From: Candidatus Spyradenecus sp.
GTDB lineage: Bacteria > Verrucomicrobiota > Verrucomicrobiia > Opitutales > UBA953
Length of the DNA stretch: 64,000 bases
NCBI GenBank assembly: GCA_045535075.1
Contig: JAZSKX010000002.1
Span: forward strand, 1 to 64,000
Direction of reading: 5' to 3'
Shown here: piece after piece, positions 10,280 to 22,700 of the stretch
Layout of the letters: the number at the start of each line of letters is the position of its first letter
Numbering within the stretch: position 1 is the stretch's first letter
Made by a program: the position numbers and the translations under genes
Notes under the pieces: model-generated
The model's database searches: none
What the model saw: the letters and a program-made list of their open reading frames with translations, nothing else
Told to the model about the DNA's origin: nothing

Positions 10280-11533
10280 TTAGATTTTTCGGAAAACAAG
10301 CGCGGCATTGTGCCCGCCAAAGCCAAGGTTATCGCTAACCGCGACATTGACATCCATTTTACGCGCCTGATTCGGAACGATATCCAAATCGCATTCCGGA
10401 TCCGGATTGACGTAGTTAATTGTCGGCGGAACGATACCGTTTGCAATCGCGAGTACCGTTGCCGCAGCTTCCACGCCGCCGGCAGCTCCGAGCAAGTGTC
10501 CGGTCATCGACTTTGTCGAGCTGACTGCCAATTTGTAGGCATGATCGCCGAAAACCCGTTTAATCGCTGCCGTTTCAAACTTGTCGTTGTAAGGAGTCGA
10601 AGTTCCGTGTGCGTTGATATAATCAACTTCGTTCGCGTTCACGCCGGCATCCGTCAGCGCCTGCGCCATGCAAAGCGCCAACCCGGATCCGTCCGGAGAC
10701 GGCGAAGTAATGTGATACGCATCACAGGATGCTCCGTAGCCCGCAAATTCCGCGTAAATCTTAGCCCCGCGCGCCATTGCACGCTCGTAGGTTTCGAGAA
10801 TGAGCACCCCGGCTCCTTCGCCCATAATAAAGCCGTCACGCGTCGCGTCGAAGGGGCGGCATGCCGTCTCCGGCGTGTCGTTATACTTCGTTGCGAGAGC
10901 TTTCATGTTGCAGAATCCGGCAAATCCGAGACGCGTAATTGCCGCTTCGGCACCGCCCGCAATCATGACATCCGCATGTCCGCTACGAATATGGCGGAGA
11001 GCTTCCCCGAGAGCATGAGAACCGGATGCGCATGCAGAAACGATACCGTAATTAACGGCCTGTGCTTTCATATCGATTGCGACGACTCCCGAAGCCATGT
11101 TCGAGATAAGCATCGGAATCATGAAAGGAGAAACACGACGCGGTCCTTTCTCAACGAGAACGGAAGATTGCGCTTCAATCGTTTCCATGCCTCCGATTCC
11201 GGAACCGATGATAACACCGATGCGGCTCGGTTCAACGTCTCCGACCTTCAGTCCGGCATCTTCCATTGCCATCTTAGAGGCGGCAACGGCGTAACGCGTG
11301 TAGCGGTCGTTTCGTTTTTGCTCCTTCGGATCCATGTACTGATCCATGTCCAAGTCATTGACTTCGGCGGCGACCGTACAGGTAAGACCTTCCGGATTAA
11401 AGCGAGTTACCGTAGAGACACCGTTTTTGCCGGCGACGAGACCTTCCCAGAAAGCCTTCACGCCGTTCCCGATCGGGGAAACGATACCGATACCCGTAAC
11501 AACGACTCTTCTTGAATTAGTTTCGGATTGCAC
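10280..11533 (-). CDS. fabF: beta-ketoacyl-ACP synthase II
   Basis: RRVVVTGIG, SACASG (catalytic Cys), YINAHGTST, SSTKSMTGHLLGAAG, GFGGHN. Confidence 0.96.
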   Translation of the reverse strand: MQSETNSRRVVVTGIGIVSPIGNGVKAFWEGLVAGKNGVSTVTRFNPEGLTCTVAAEVNDLDMDQYMDPKEQKRNDRYTRYAVAASKMAMEDAGLKVGDVEPSRIGVIIGSGIGGMETIEAQSSVLVEKGPRRVSPFMIPMLISNMASGVVAIDMKAQAVNYGIVSACASGSHALGEALRHIRSGHADVMIAGGAEAAITRLGFAGFCNMKALATKYNDTPETACRPFDATRDGFIMGEGAGVLILETYERAMARGAKIYAEFAGYGASCDAYHITSPSPDGSGLALCMAQALTDAGVNANEVDYINAHGTSTPYNDKFETAAIKRVFGDHAYKLAVSSTKSMTGHLLGAAGGVEAAATVLAIANGIVPPTINYVNPDPECDLDIVPNQARKMDVNVAVSDNLGFGGHNAALVFRKI

Positions 11534-11584
11534 TCGGATAAAATTAAGGGTTAAGGATGCACGAGCACGTATTGTGCCCGATGC

Positions 11585-11842
11585 TTATTTTCCGGCTTTC
11601 GCGGAGATGTATTCAATAACCTGACCGACGGTCTGGAGTTTCTGCGAGTCCGCTTCCGGGATTTCGCCGTTGATTTCGTCCTTAAATTCTTCTTCGAACG
11701 CCATGATCAATTCGACGAGGTCGAGCGAGTCCGCACCCAAATCGCCCATAAAGGAGGCTTCCGGAGTGAGCTGCTCTTCATTGACATTGAGCTGAGCGAC
11801 GATGATGTCTTTAACGCGTTGTTCGATGGTTTTGTCTGCCAT
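11585..11842 (-). CDS. acpP: acyl carrier protein
   Basis: [20 protein letters not shown]; start set at MADKTIEQ (ATG 11842). Confidence 0.96.
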   Translation of the reverse strand: MADKTIEQRVKDIIVAQLNVNEEQLTPEASFMGDLGADSLDLVELIMAFEEEFKDEINGEIPEADSQKLQTVGQVIEYISAKAGK

Positions 11843-11936
11843 AGTTTTTATAGTTTGATGGTTAAAAAATTCAAATTGTGTTGTTAGATTCGCAGGAAGA
11901 CGCCCAAGAGGATTCCTCGCGAATGGGTTAATCCTG

Positions 11937-12683
11937 CTACATTGCCATGCCGCCGTCAACCGAAAAACACTGTCCGGTAATATAGCCGGCGTTTTCGGAG
12001 CAGAGGAAATTCACGGTCGCTGCAATATCTTCGGGAGCTCCGAAGCGCGCTAGCGGGATTGCAGTCTTAATTTTCTGTTGGACCTCCTCCGGAAGCACCG
12101 CCGTCATATCGGTCGTAATAAATCCGGGAGCAACGGCATTAACTGTGATAGAGCGCGTCGCGAATTCCCGCGCAAGCGTTTTCGTCAGGCCGATAAGTCC
12201 TGCCTTCGCGGCGGCATAATTTGCCTGCCCGGCGTTACCTTGAACTCCGGTTACGGAAGAAATATTTACGATACGCCCCCAACGTTTTTTCGTCATCGGG
12301 CGCAAAAGGCCTTTCACCCAATAAAACGCGCTCGCGAGATTAGTTTGGACGACATCCGACCAATCTTCGTCCGTCATCCGCATAACAAGTCCGTCCTTCG
12401 TAATTCCCGCGTTGTTGACGAGAATATCGACACAACCGTATTCCTTGAGAATTTCTTCGCAAGCGGCAGCGACTGCTTTTCCGTCGGAAACATCAACGGC
12501 CTTCGCAACAGCTTTGCCTCCGGATGCCGTAATTGCGTCCGCAACTCCGCCGCACGAAGCCGGATTTTTGGAAACGCAAATAACCGTGTGTCCGGATGCC
12601 GCCAAGCTTTCGGCGATTGCCTTGCCGATCCCGCGACCGGCGCCCGTTACGACTGCAACTTTCGGAGAATGTTCAAGTTTCAT
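11937..12683 (-). CDS. fabG: 3-oxoacyl-ACP reductase
   Basis: [39 protein letters not shown]; start set at MKLEHSPK. Confidence 0.95.
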   Translation of the reverse strand: MKLEHSPKVAVVTGAGRGIGKAIAESLAASGHTVICVSKNPASCGGVADAITASGGKAVAKAVDVSDGKAVAAACEEILKEYGCVDILVNNAGITKDGLVMRMTDEDWSDVVQTNLASAFYWVKGLLRPMTKKRWGRIVNISSVTGVQGNAGQANYAAAKAGLIGLTKTLAREFATRSITVNAVAPGFITTDMTAVLPEEVQQKIKTAIPLARFGAPEDIAATVNFLCSENAGYITGQCFSVDGGMAM

Positions 12684-12762
12684 AGTAGTGTAAATTTTCT
12701 CGAACAACGCCCAAAATGTCAATTTTTGAAACGCTTCTACGCGCGTAAAAGCGAGATGTTTT

Positions 12763-13713
12763 TCAAATATTTCCCGAAAATGCTTCAGCCTGCCGCCGAT
12801 CCTCTGCCAACTGCTCCCGCAACGCGTCGAGCGAATCAAAGCGGCGCTCCTCCCGCAAGAATTTTCGCCATTCAACGAAAACCCAATCCCCATAAGTCGG
12901 AATTTCTGTTCCTTCGGGAATATTCAAAAGAAACGTCTCCAAAAGCGGCTCGGGAACGCCGCCACGCTCTACTGTCGGACGCACGCCATAGTTGGCAACA
13001 CCGGGGAAACTCCTGTTCCCGCATTTCACGCACACGGCATAAACGCCGAATCGCGGGCGCAATTCCGGATTCCAAGCCAAGTTCAATGTAGGAAAGCCGA
13101 TTGTACGCCCCAGTTGCCTCCCGGACACGATCGTTCCCGCGGCAAAATAAGGTTTTCCGAGCATGGAGTTGGCGGAGTCGATCTCCCCGAATTCAAGCTC
13201 CTTCCGAATTCGCGTAGAAGAGATTCTTTCGGATTTAAATAAAACCGGTTCGAGTGCATTTATCTCGACATCGAGCGATTGGGCACGTTCCCGCAACAAC
13301 GCAACATCTCCTTTACGACCGGCGCCGAAGCGAAAATTTTCTCCCACAAAAATTCCGGTAAGCGACGGCACTGATTTTTTCAACGTCGTCAAAAAATCTT
13401 CTGCCGGAATCTTCGCAAACTCCGTCGAAAAAGCCTGTACAACAGCAAAGTCCAAACCGATTTCTTCGAAGAGGGCTAATTTCGTCGCCTGAGAATAAAT
13501 TGATCTCGCAGCCGCGTTCCCGCGAAAAAACACTTCCGGGTGCGGGGAAAATGTCAATGCGCCCCAGATTCCGTTTTGCGTTCGAGCCGTTTTTTTTGCG
13601 AGTTCAAAAAGCGCACGATGCCCGCGATGCACGCCGTCAAAATTCCCGATACAAAGAAACACGGGAACGTTTGTCGGATACGAAAAATCGGCAAGCGAAG
13701 CAATTTTCTCCAT
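12763..13713 (-). CDS. ribF: bifunctional riboflavin kinase / FAD synthetase
   Basis: IGNFDGVHRGH, ISSTRIR, GRQLGRTIGFPTLN, FLREERRF. Confidence 0.95.
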   Translation of the reverse strand: MEKIASLADFSYPTNVPVFLCIGNFDGVHRGHRALFELAKKTARTQNGIWGALTFSPHPEVFFRGNAAARSIYSQATKLALFEEIGLDFAVVQAFSTEFAKIPAEDFLTTLKKSVPSLTGIFVGENFRFGAGRKGDVALLRERAQSLDVEINALEPVLFKSERISSTRIRKELEFGEIDSANSMLGKPYFAAGTIVSGRQLGRTIGFPTLNLAWNPELRPRFGVYAVCVKCGNRSFPGVANYGVRPTVERGGVPEPLLETFLLNIPEGTEIPTYGDWVFVEWRKFLREERRFDSLDALREQLAEDRRQAEAFSGNI

Positions 13714-13724
13714 GGGTATAAAAT

Positions 13725-13787
13725 AAAAAGAAACCGAGAACTAACACAAACTCACAAGCATTTGTGTCAATTCGCGGTCTCTTTTTT
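13725..13787 (-). terminator. probable terminator after the autotransporter gene
   Basis: Long imperfect hairpin AAAAAGAAACCG...CGGTCTCTTTTTT next to the stop codon. Confidence 0.55.
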
Positions 13788-13797
13788 CTTTATTAAA

Positions 13798-16700
13798 CTA
13801 GAACGTGCAACGAACGCCGACGTTTGCCGAATGCGTCGTCGAGTTATCTAAATCGCTTTCGAAGGTGTAGCCGGCAGAAACCGCCCATTCGGAATTGATA
13901 CGATATTCAACACGCGGACCGACGCTGATAACATCCTCGCCGGAGAAGTATGCCGTTGCCGAAGCGTTCATTCCCGCATACGCTCCGCCGATAAACTTCG
14001 CGTTGATATCGGCGTCCGTATCAAGGAATTCGTGACGGAATGCTGCTTCGAGCGTAAAGCGCCAATCTTCGGACGGGAGCCAATTCAGAGTCGCGCCGAT
14101 CGTTCCGCGCAAAGAATTGCGATCCGAGGCATCGACATCCAATGCACTTTCCGTACCGCCGGTTTCCGAGAATCCTCCGATGCGGGAATACGTGTAATCC
14201 AAGCCGATGTACGGCGAAACGTGCAAACCGTTTTCCGCACTGAGAACGAACATTCTTCCGAGCGTCGTCGAAAGCGACAGGTCCGTTCCCGAAGCATCCC
14301 CTTTCAGAGTTTCAAGCGCGTTGGTGCGTTTCGTGTCAAATCCGATAACACCGACACCTGCGCCGAAGCCGAAATAGGAAACGTCGTCGAGCATCGCCAT
14401 TCCGTAAACATTGATGCGCGCCGTATCCGTTTCGTGCTTTCCGCCGCCGTTATGTACCTTGGCCTTGCCGACATCATAAGTGAAGCTTGCGCCGAGAACG
14501 AAATCATAATTAACAAGCGTATCAAAGCCGGCAACGGCTCCGGAGTGGCTCATGTCGTAGTTCGCGGACTTATTTTCACCTTCGTCGGAATCAGCAGAAC
14601 TGCCGATGACGTTTGCAAAAGCCTTGAATGCACCTTCCTTTTCCGGATAAGCCCGATCGTAACGGCGTTGCTCAAGCCGCTGGCGCAACAAATCGTTTTC
14701 AAGCTGGGTCAATCCCGTCGAAAGCTCGAGCGCTCCCGCGAAAGAAACCGGCGAATAATTCGTCAACTTCGCGCGTTGTTCGCCATCCGTTCCCGACCAA
14801 TAAATCGACTTATAAATATCGCTGTCCGTATTGGAGAAGACGGTATCGGCGAGAGTTCCCATTCCGGAAGGAATCAGTTCGTCAACCGGAGTCGCAAGAC
14901 CGAGGACAACCAGAGTTGCGTTTTCGGCAACGCGCGCGGAAAGGCGTTCACCGCTCGCCATACGGAACGAAGCTCCGTTTTCAATCGCTTTCACGTCTGA
15001 CGCGACAAGAGCAAATTCTTCGCCTTCGGCGAGCGTCCCGTCGATTTCGACAACCGCTGTTTTCTCGATTGTTGCACTTCCCGTAGCACGGATAGCGACC
15101 GTTCCCGCGTCCGGCAAATCAGCAAAAAGCTTTCCGGCAATCGTCAAATCACCCTCAACTTTACGCGTTGCGGTAAGTCCGGAAGAGCGGAAACCGAGCG
15201 TTGAAATCGAAGCCGATTTTCCGAGAGAAAGTGTTGCGTTTTCGGCAACATAGAAATCGCGCGTGATTGTCGCAGATTCACCCCAAAGCATGTTCGCATC
15301 CGAGGCAAGCAGTACGCGTGAGCCATATCCGAAGCTCTTTCCGTCCGAAAGAACGAACGCGTTATCCGCATCCGCCGATTCAAGGAAGAACGTTCCGGAA
15401 TCGTTAATATTCTTTCCGGTGAGATCGGAGAGAGAAACGGATTTTCCGCTTCCGTTGCGAAGAACCAGTCCGGACTCGACATCGGAAGAAACCGCAATTT
15501 CATTTGCCAACGCGCCAAACGTTGCCGTATCAACGACCAAACGCCCGCGAGCAACTTCGATTTTGCCCGAGAACGCATTGTTCTTGTAGTTTGTGCGCAC
15601 GAAAGATTTTTCGTTGTTAACGCGCAAAATGCCGTTCCCGTCGAGATTTTCGAGAGTCGACTCCGCAACTTGAGAACTTTCCAAGGTGCCGAGAATGCTG
15701 ACAAACCCGGCGTTCCCGAACGACGCATAAGACTTCAAAACCGCAGTCGCTCCCGCATCAATTTGAACGAAGCCCGAGAAATCCCGATTGAATTCTTCCG
15801 GGCTTTGAGCGCCGTTCACATTCTCAATCAAGGTTGTTCCGGCAACAAAGCGGACGCGGCCGGCACCCGCCAAGGCGGCAAGATTCCCGACACTTTCTTT
15901 CGCTCCGATTTCGAGTAGCCCGTTTCCTTGAACTTCAATTACCCCGGAAGTCGGATTGCTCTTAAACGACACAGCCTTCACCGTGCCTTCCTTAATTTGG
16001 AGCAATCCGTTAAGGTTAACAGTCGCGCCGGAAAGATCCAACGTTCCGGTTCCGGTCTTTACGACCTTCGCATTGCGGATATCCAAGAAGTCTTTGCTTC
16101 CGCCTTGAATCGTAAGGACTTTTCCGGAGAAATCCGAAAGACTGCCCGCAGCGACATCAAGATTCAACGTACCGCCGGAATCCTGAGTATTTCCGCTTGA
16201 TGCAAGAAGGATATTATCGGACGACAATCCGGAACCGAACTTCGCCGTCGCATTGGGATCGACGCGCAACACCCAATCGGAATCCCCCGTAAGGTCGAAG
16301 GAAATTTCCGAAGTCGTAGCCGAAACCGCCAAAATCCCGGCACCGGAAACCTTCCCGCGAACAACCGCATCGGCGTTCCCGCCGAACTCGGCGATTTCCA
16401 AAACGCCGTCACGCCCGATGTAAATTTCCTGATTTTGATTTCCGACATAACCGCCGATTGCCAAAGTTCCTCCACCGTTTTCAACCTTAATGGATCCGGA
16501 AGAAGTGAACGCATCAACATACCATTTCCCGGCTCCGGTCTTAACAATATCTCCGGTTTCAATTTCGGGAAGGAACTCAGAACCCGTTCCGCCGCCGGCA
16601 AAGATCACCGCTCCGGCAACACCATTTTTCCAAGAGAACGAACCGTCGACGACCGAGCTCGAATTACGTGCGTTATGAGAAAAACGAGCGACTCCGTCGG

Positions 16701-19700
16701 CAACATATTCAGCCTTGAACGTTTGCGTTCCTTCGCTGCGGGAAACCACCTTTCCGGCAACCTCGTCATAGCGTTGCGAGAACTCGAGTGTTCCGTTCTT
16801 GATTTCAAAAGATGCGGCATCTCCGGTTTCCGCAATCGAGAGAGCTCCCGTTGCCACCGATGCATTCGTATTAATCATTCCCGCAACAAAGCTCGTTCCG
16901 CTCGTATTCTTAACAAGCGTTCCCGCGCCGGAAATTTCACGGTTCAGCAAAACATCCGAATTAAGCTTAAGCTTCGCTCCCGCGTTAATTGCAATTTCCG
17001 CCGTTCCGAGATTCCCGTCTTCCAAAACGTCAACCGTTCCGCCGGCAATTTCGAAGATTCCGGAAATCGTATTCGCCGTATAAACGGAGAGCGTTTGGCT
17101 TGCATCCAGATCCAGGCGAACCGTCCCGTTGCCGGCAAAGCTCGCCGTTCCCATGTCGAGATCTGCGACCGTTTTATCCGTCGTAATCACCAACGTTGCT
17201 CCGGATTCGGCGCCCAAAGAAATTTCCTTGGAAGCTAATTCCGTCGCGTCCCCTTTATCCAAGGTAAACGTTCCTCCGTCAACGGCAACGAGAGCGCCGC
17301 TAAACGCATCCAAATCGTCAACAATCCCGGATTTCCCTTCAAGCGTTCCCGTGCCGGCAAGCGCCGTCGAAATCGTATTTCCGTCCCCGACATCAATGCG
17401 AACAACCGATTTTTCCGGATTTGCCAGGAAAATGGTTCCGGTTCCGCCCGCCGTTGCATTCTCAACGACAACGCTTCCGGAATTCACATAGGTATTGCGA
17501 TGGGCGTTATCCGCCCCGGCAAGCGTCAGCGTTCCCGCGAAATCTTCACTCGTATAGATGTCGAGTTCTGCCTTGGAATCCGCATTCTTTGTAATGGAAT
17601 TAGCGACGGTTGCAGAGCCGCTTCCGGAGAATGTCAGCGCCGCAGTTCCTTTCGCATCGGCAATTGAAATCGAGCCAAGGTCGAGAGAACGATTGTCCGC
17701 AAGGATAAGCTCATTTCCTCTTCCGGAAACGGAAAGCATTCCGAGAGCAAGAGTTCCCGCCGTTTCATTTTCCGCAGAATTGAGCGTTTCCACGAATAGC
17801 GTTCCCGCATTTTTCAACGAAACATTGCGTCCGGACGCCGCAATCATCTGATTATAAACAAGCGTTCCTTCGTCGCGAGCTTCGAGCGTTCCCGTAAAGC
17901 CGCCGCCAATTGCATTTGCAAATTTAAGCGAATTTTCGGAACCGATAATTGCCACCTTTCCGCTTCCGCCGACAAGTGCATTTGCAACAACGCCTTCCGT
18001 CCCGTTCCCGAAAACAGCGGAGCGTGCAAAAACGACTTCACCGTCCGCAATCATCTTCGCTTGCCCCAAAGAACCGGAGCCATAGAAATACGTTGTTCCT
18101 TCGCGAGCGGCAAACGTACCTGCGAAAGCAGATGAATCCTGAAGCAGGTAAAGATCGCCGCGACCGGATTTTTGGAATGTTCCTTCTCCCGTGAATTTCC
18201 CGACCTGCGCCAGCTTTGCGTTGCTGACGGTAACAACGGATTCCGCAGAAATATCAAGCGTAAGCTTGGTTTCGATTTCGCCGAGAACCGTCATTTCACC
18301 TTTTCCGGTTACATTCATCGCTTGCTCGCCGGTTACATAAGCCGCCGAGAACGTAATTTTCCCGTCGTTCTTTAATTCAAGCGTCGTTCCCGTAGCATCA
18401 ACCGTCAAAACGCCGGAAGAGCCGCTCAATTGAGCGCCGTCGACAACGATCGCCGCATTCGCGCCAAGTTTTAGCGTTTCCCCATTGAAGGTTTTAACGC
18501 CGGAACCGACCGTAATTTTCGATTTTGCGGCAACTTCGAGCGCGCTATAAACGTTTTGGGCTCCGGAGAAACTGATATCGCCGTTCACCGCTAAGGTACC
18601 CGCGACCGTCAACTCACTAAGAACGGAAAGCGCCTTAGACGAATTCAACTGCAGAGTTTTTCCTTCCGCGACAACCAACGCTCCCGCGTTCGAGCCAAGC
18701 GTTCCGCCTTCCCCGATCGACAAAATCGCGTTCCCGCCGACTTCAACGTCGCCCGACAAATTAATGCTTCCGTCAACGGCGATCTTTCCGGAATCAATCG
18801 AAAGCGATGCCTTCGAATCCAAATCTCCGGTGATATTCAACACGCCGTTCCCGGATTTCGCCAAAAGGAAGTTTCCGGCATTCGCGTCGGCAATATCAGA
18901 AACCGATCCGTCAATTTTCAACGTTCCCGCGGCAACATTCATCGTTGCGCCGGTAGCAAATTTGCCGTCCGCCGTCTTTGTAACACCTTGAAGCGCGAGG
19001 TTTCCGCCGATCGTCGCCAATGCGTTGCCGTCTTTGTTCCAAAGCGCCTCAACGGGAACGTCCGCTCCGTCGTCGCGCACCGTTCCGCCCAGAGTAAATG
19101 TTCCGTCCGTCCGGAAAGCGACAGCCGAGCCATCCGCCAAATCAACATAGTTAAGCTTCGTTTCGGTCGAAACAAACTCTGCGCGCTTACCGTCCGCAAG
19201 ATCCAAGGTCGTCGATCCGCCAAGCGTAGCGCCGGATTCAAACGTAAGCGTTCCGGCTTCTTCTTCGACAACGATGGAAGCGATTCCGGTTTCGCCGATG
19301 TTGCTCACAACGACGTTCCCGTGTTCGATAACAAGCTTTCCGAGTTCCGCCGCGCCGGAAAGCGTAAGACTTCCGGCTCCGGTTTTTGTCAAAACAGTTC
19401 CGGAGAGTTTTTCGAGCGTAACCAAAGTGCTTGCCTCGACAACATTCAACGTTGCATCCGTTCCCGCGACGGCAACTTCTCCGACGTTATATTCCGCCGA
19501 TGCTCCGACAAAGGAAAGCGCCCCGTAAAGCGAAATCGTTCCCGTTCCGATGAGCTTGTCGCTATTCGTTTCTACGGCCGCGCCTTTAGCGATAGTCAAA
19601 CCGCCGGAAAATACGCCTTCCGCCGAAACCTTGCCTTTGTTATTGAAAACAACCGTTCCCGATTGCACGGAAGCTGCGATCTTCGTTCCGTCGGATTTGT

Positions 19701-22700
19701 CTTTGATGACGCCTCCGTCAAAATTCAATGTAAATCTGCCGTTTCCGTCGAAAACAACGCCGCTGACATTGACATTTTCCGCGACGGAAATTTGCTGTCC
19801 GTCGGAGAAATTAAAGGCAACGTATTTATCGTTGGAGAACGTCGTTGAAGAATTTCCGCCAACGCTGGTTTGCAACCATCCGCGTTCTTTGCCGACCTCC
19901 CATTTTTCGGCACCGTCCCAAATCAAAGTTCCGTAAGCAACGATTTTGAGTGCGCCGACATCATGTCCGAAACCGTCGTCTTTACGTTCGACGGTCAGGT
20001 AAACATCGCGGCCGTCGATCGTTTGCGTATCGAGCGTTACCGAGTTCCCGCCAGCCGTAAACCCGTCGCCGATCAAACTCAGGCTTTCATCAAATTCGAT
20101 AAGAGCAAATTCGGAGCCGAGCGTGCCGTAATTGATTTTAATATTATCGAGCTTCAATCCTTCATGAATCATCAGCTCGTCCGTGCGAATCGCCGGAGCG
20201 CCGCCGGAGACGGAAAGAGTTCCCTGCAGTTGCAGACCGACATCGCCGATTACAACGGAATCAACCTCAGACGCGTTGACCGTCGCATCTCCGACAAGCG
20301 TCAGCTGCCCGGAGATTGTCGACGCGTCGAGAGTCAATGACGTTCCCGCGCCGATTAACAGATTTCCGGTATAGCGGGAATCGCCGCTCAATTCAAAGCT
20401 TCCGCCTTGAGCGAGTTCGAGAACATCTGCCCGCACTTGAAGAATTGCGCCGTCCGTAACCTGCACTTGCGTAAGCTCAACTTTCGCATCGGGATTTTCG
20501 TCAAAATCAAACTCCAAGAGATCTTCGATTATAAACTGGCCTTCATTTACCTTGATCGAATTCACTCTGTCCAAACTGACGGCAACAATATCAAGCGTTC
20601 CTTCGCCGGTTTTGGTCAACGACCCCTGAAATTCTCCGCCGACTTCGAGGCGTGAGCCCTGTTGGGCGACATTGACAACAGCCTTGTCCCCGGAACCGAC
20701 CAAGTTTCCGTCAATCGTCGAAACTTCAGCGCCTTCGAACAAGGCCGTTCCCGCGACGACAACCTCGCCTGCGGTTCCCGAAATTTCAATGTCGCCTTTG
20801 AACGTCGCATCTTTGAATGCAAGTTGGCTCAATGTATTAACGTTCGGAGTCGTCCCGAGCGTGATTTTTCTTACGGTTCCGTCCGCATTCAGAACATCCG
20901 CATAAAGCCGCCCGCCGGAGACAACATTGTTCCCGTCCGGGCTTCCGATATTGAGCGAACCGGATGCGCCCATTGAAAGGTTGAGCGTTCCCGCAACTTC
21001 GAGCGAGCCGTAAGTATTTCCGGAAACGAGTCCGCCGACATAAAGAGCCCCGTCAAGGCGAAGGTTGTTTTGTCCCAGGGGAGCGTTGAGTTCGAGCTTG
21101 GATTGAATTTGACCGGTTCCCGAAGCGACATTGAGTTTGGACGCAACCCACGAGCCTGCACCCGCATCATCAGCGCCCAAAACCCCGCCGGAGAAAGTAA
21201 GCGTATCGATTGTTTGCTTTTGAGCGGTCTTCAAAATTCCGCCTTCAATCTTGACGTCAAAATCCGAAGCAAGCGTCGTTCCGACGACAACATCGCCGAG
21301 TCCGGATTTCGTGAATGCGTGCGTCCCGGCAATGGAACTTGCATTGAAATTGAAAATTTCGCTTGCGGCGGCGGAAAGATGAGCATTTTCTCCGAGAGTA
21401 ACATCGCCGCTAAATGTTCCGTTCCCGCCGAGCTTGCCGAGAAGTTCCATTGAGCCCGTAAAGGTTTTGTTGTTAACAATCCGGACGAATGCGTTTTCAC
21501 CGACGAAACCGGAAAGCCCCGTAACATCCTGAAACACCGCCGTACCCGAAAGAACTCGGAGCACGCCGTCTCCGGAAATCGCTCCGGCAAACTCAAGCGA
21601 TCCCGCCGTATCCACTTCAAGAGCCGCCCCGCTCGCGACCGTAACATCGCCGCTTCCCGGTGCGCCGTTGCCTTCAAAACGCAATGTCCCTTCCGCAATC
21701 TCCGTCGCTCCGGAATATTTCGTATAGCGATTTGCCGCCGTTCCCGTCAACGCGCCGGAAAGCACCAACGTTCCCGTGCCGCTTTTCTTCAGCTTTGTTC
21801 CCTGATATTCGAGGGAATCCACAAGCGCTCCGGACAAAGTCAAAGTCGCGCCCTGTTCAATGGTGAACTCGGAAGTTCCGCTGTTCACCGACAATTGAAC
21901 TTGCGTTGCGATTTCCGCATCGCCGCTCGCAACTACGCTCGTTCCCGCACCGAGAACGATGCCGGACAAATTCGGTTCTTCCGCGTCTTGAGAATCGATA
22001 CGAGTATTTTCGCCGAGTTTCAGACTGACGTTGACCAAAGTCTGTCTGTCGTCATTTGCGTTGCGGGCGAGAAGCATCTGTGCGCCGTCACGCAGCTCAA
22101 CGCTAACGGGAGCAAAGCCTTCCGAAGTCCCGAAAGAATTCGCCTGAGCGAGCAAGAGTGTCGCGGTTTCACCGGAAGCAATAATATCTCCGTTAAAAAT
22201 ACGTCCTTTCGATTCTGCGTGGCCGAGAGCAAGCGCTCCTTCTTCAATGCGGAACGTGCCGCCCAAAGATTCGTCGCTGGCAAGAGAAATCGTACCGAGC
22301 CCGGTTTTGTAATAAATGTTTCCGGAATCACCGACGTAGGCATCCGCACCCCATTCAACCGTCCCGGAATCAATCTTAAACTCAACATGTGAGCCGTTTT
22401 CAAATTCGACCTTCGCAGCAACATCGTCCGTCGCTCCGTCCAACCAATGTAAAACTGCGCGGGCGTCTTCAGAAGTTGAAGCAATCTTAATTCCCTTGTC
22501 TTTGATCGCGGAAAGCGCTCCGGAGACAAACTCCAAGCTTGAGCCGCCGGACAAATCAAGATTGGCGGCATTCGTTGCTTGGCTGTGCTGCAAAGACAAA
22601 ACACCCTTGCTGATTGCGATCGTTCCGGCATCGGCCAACGTCAATGCGCCTTTTGCGCCGGCAATAAAGGTTCCTTTATCAACTTCAACCTTGCCGACCG

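Noticed and set aside
10310..11515. 401-aa + strand ORF
   Set aside because: Antisense shadow of fabF with no protein motifs
11843..11959. N-terminal extensions in the ORF track (acpP, fabG, trmD, yidC, TolC-family gene, TIGR04138-like gene)
   Set aside because: Longest-ORF artefacts that overlap neighbours or terminators; downstream ATGs match family starts
12078..13091. 337-aa + strand ORF
   Set aside because: Opposite fabG/ribF; R-rich shadow composition
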